A stretch of 63,799 nt of DNA, counting the filler, from Choristocarpus tenellus KU-1152 (taxonomy: Eukaryota; Protista; Phaeophyceae): the NCBI GenBank assembly GCA_964200185.2. It is 10 parts of 10 records of this genome, joined end to end, with 100 filler letters (N's around TTAATTAATTAA, not from the genome) between each part and the next. Parts side by side here need not be neighbours in the genome. Positions count along the whole stretch, not along the records: positions 61,251 to 63,799 come from CAXNAD020026867.1; 9 more parts are not named here. One strand, given 5' to 3'. The notes under the pieces were generated by a model, which was not told where the DNA came from, searched no databases, and was given only the letters and a program-made list of their open reading frames with translations. Below are positions 63,782 to 63,799 of the stretch, piece after piece (the first letter of the stretch is position 1; each line of letters opens with the position of its first letter). Both the position numbers and the translations under genes were made by a program.

Positions 63782-63799
63782 CTGCAAGAAGAGGAAATG

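Overview
Eukaryotic, intron-rich nuclear DNA. Gene content and splice style suggest a stramenopile of the brown-alga lineage or a close relative (inference). The window is not contiguous: nine artificial 100-nt linkers (N44-TTAATTAATTAA-N44) join ten separate contigs. Genes reconstructed by hand from splice sites and frame continuity: epsilon-tubulin (6 exons, one GC-AG intron), CCDC113/CFAP263 (8 exons), a three-repeat MYB factor (about 16 exons), an ankyrin protein, a membrane-anchored pepsin-family aspartic protease, and partial HSF-domain, Rab3GAP1-like and WD40 genes. Mobile DNA: two decayed Copia elements, a solo LTR with an intact 5-bp TSD, a roughly 1.9-kb foldback element, a Sola-like transposase relic, and about 15 copies or fragments of several related ~260-bp MITE families with GAG/GGG...CTC/CCC ends. 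The most notable signals are (i) CpG-rich gene 5' ends against CpG-poor gene bodies, suggesting gene-body methylation, and (ii) a MITE group of constant size, with unrelated interiors and apparent 3-5 bp TSDs, next to a candidate Sola transposase. No CRISPR array or rRNA was seen. All family assignments come from recalled motifs, not database searches.
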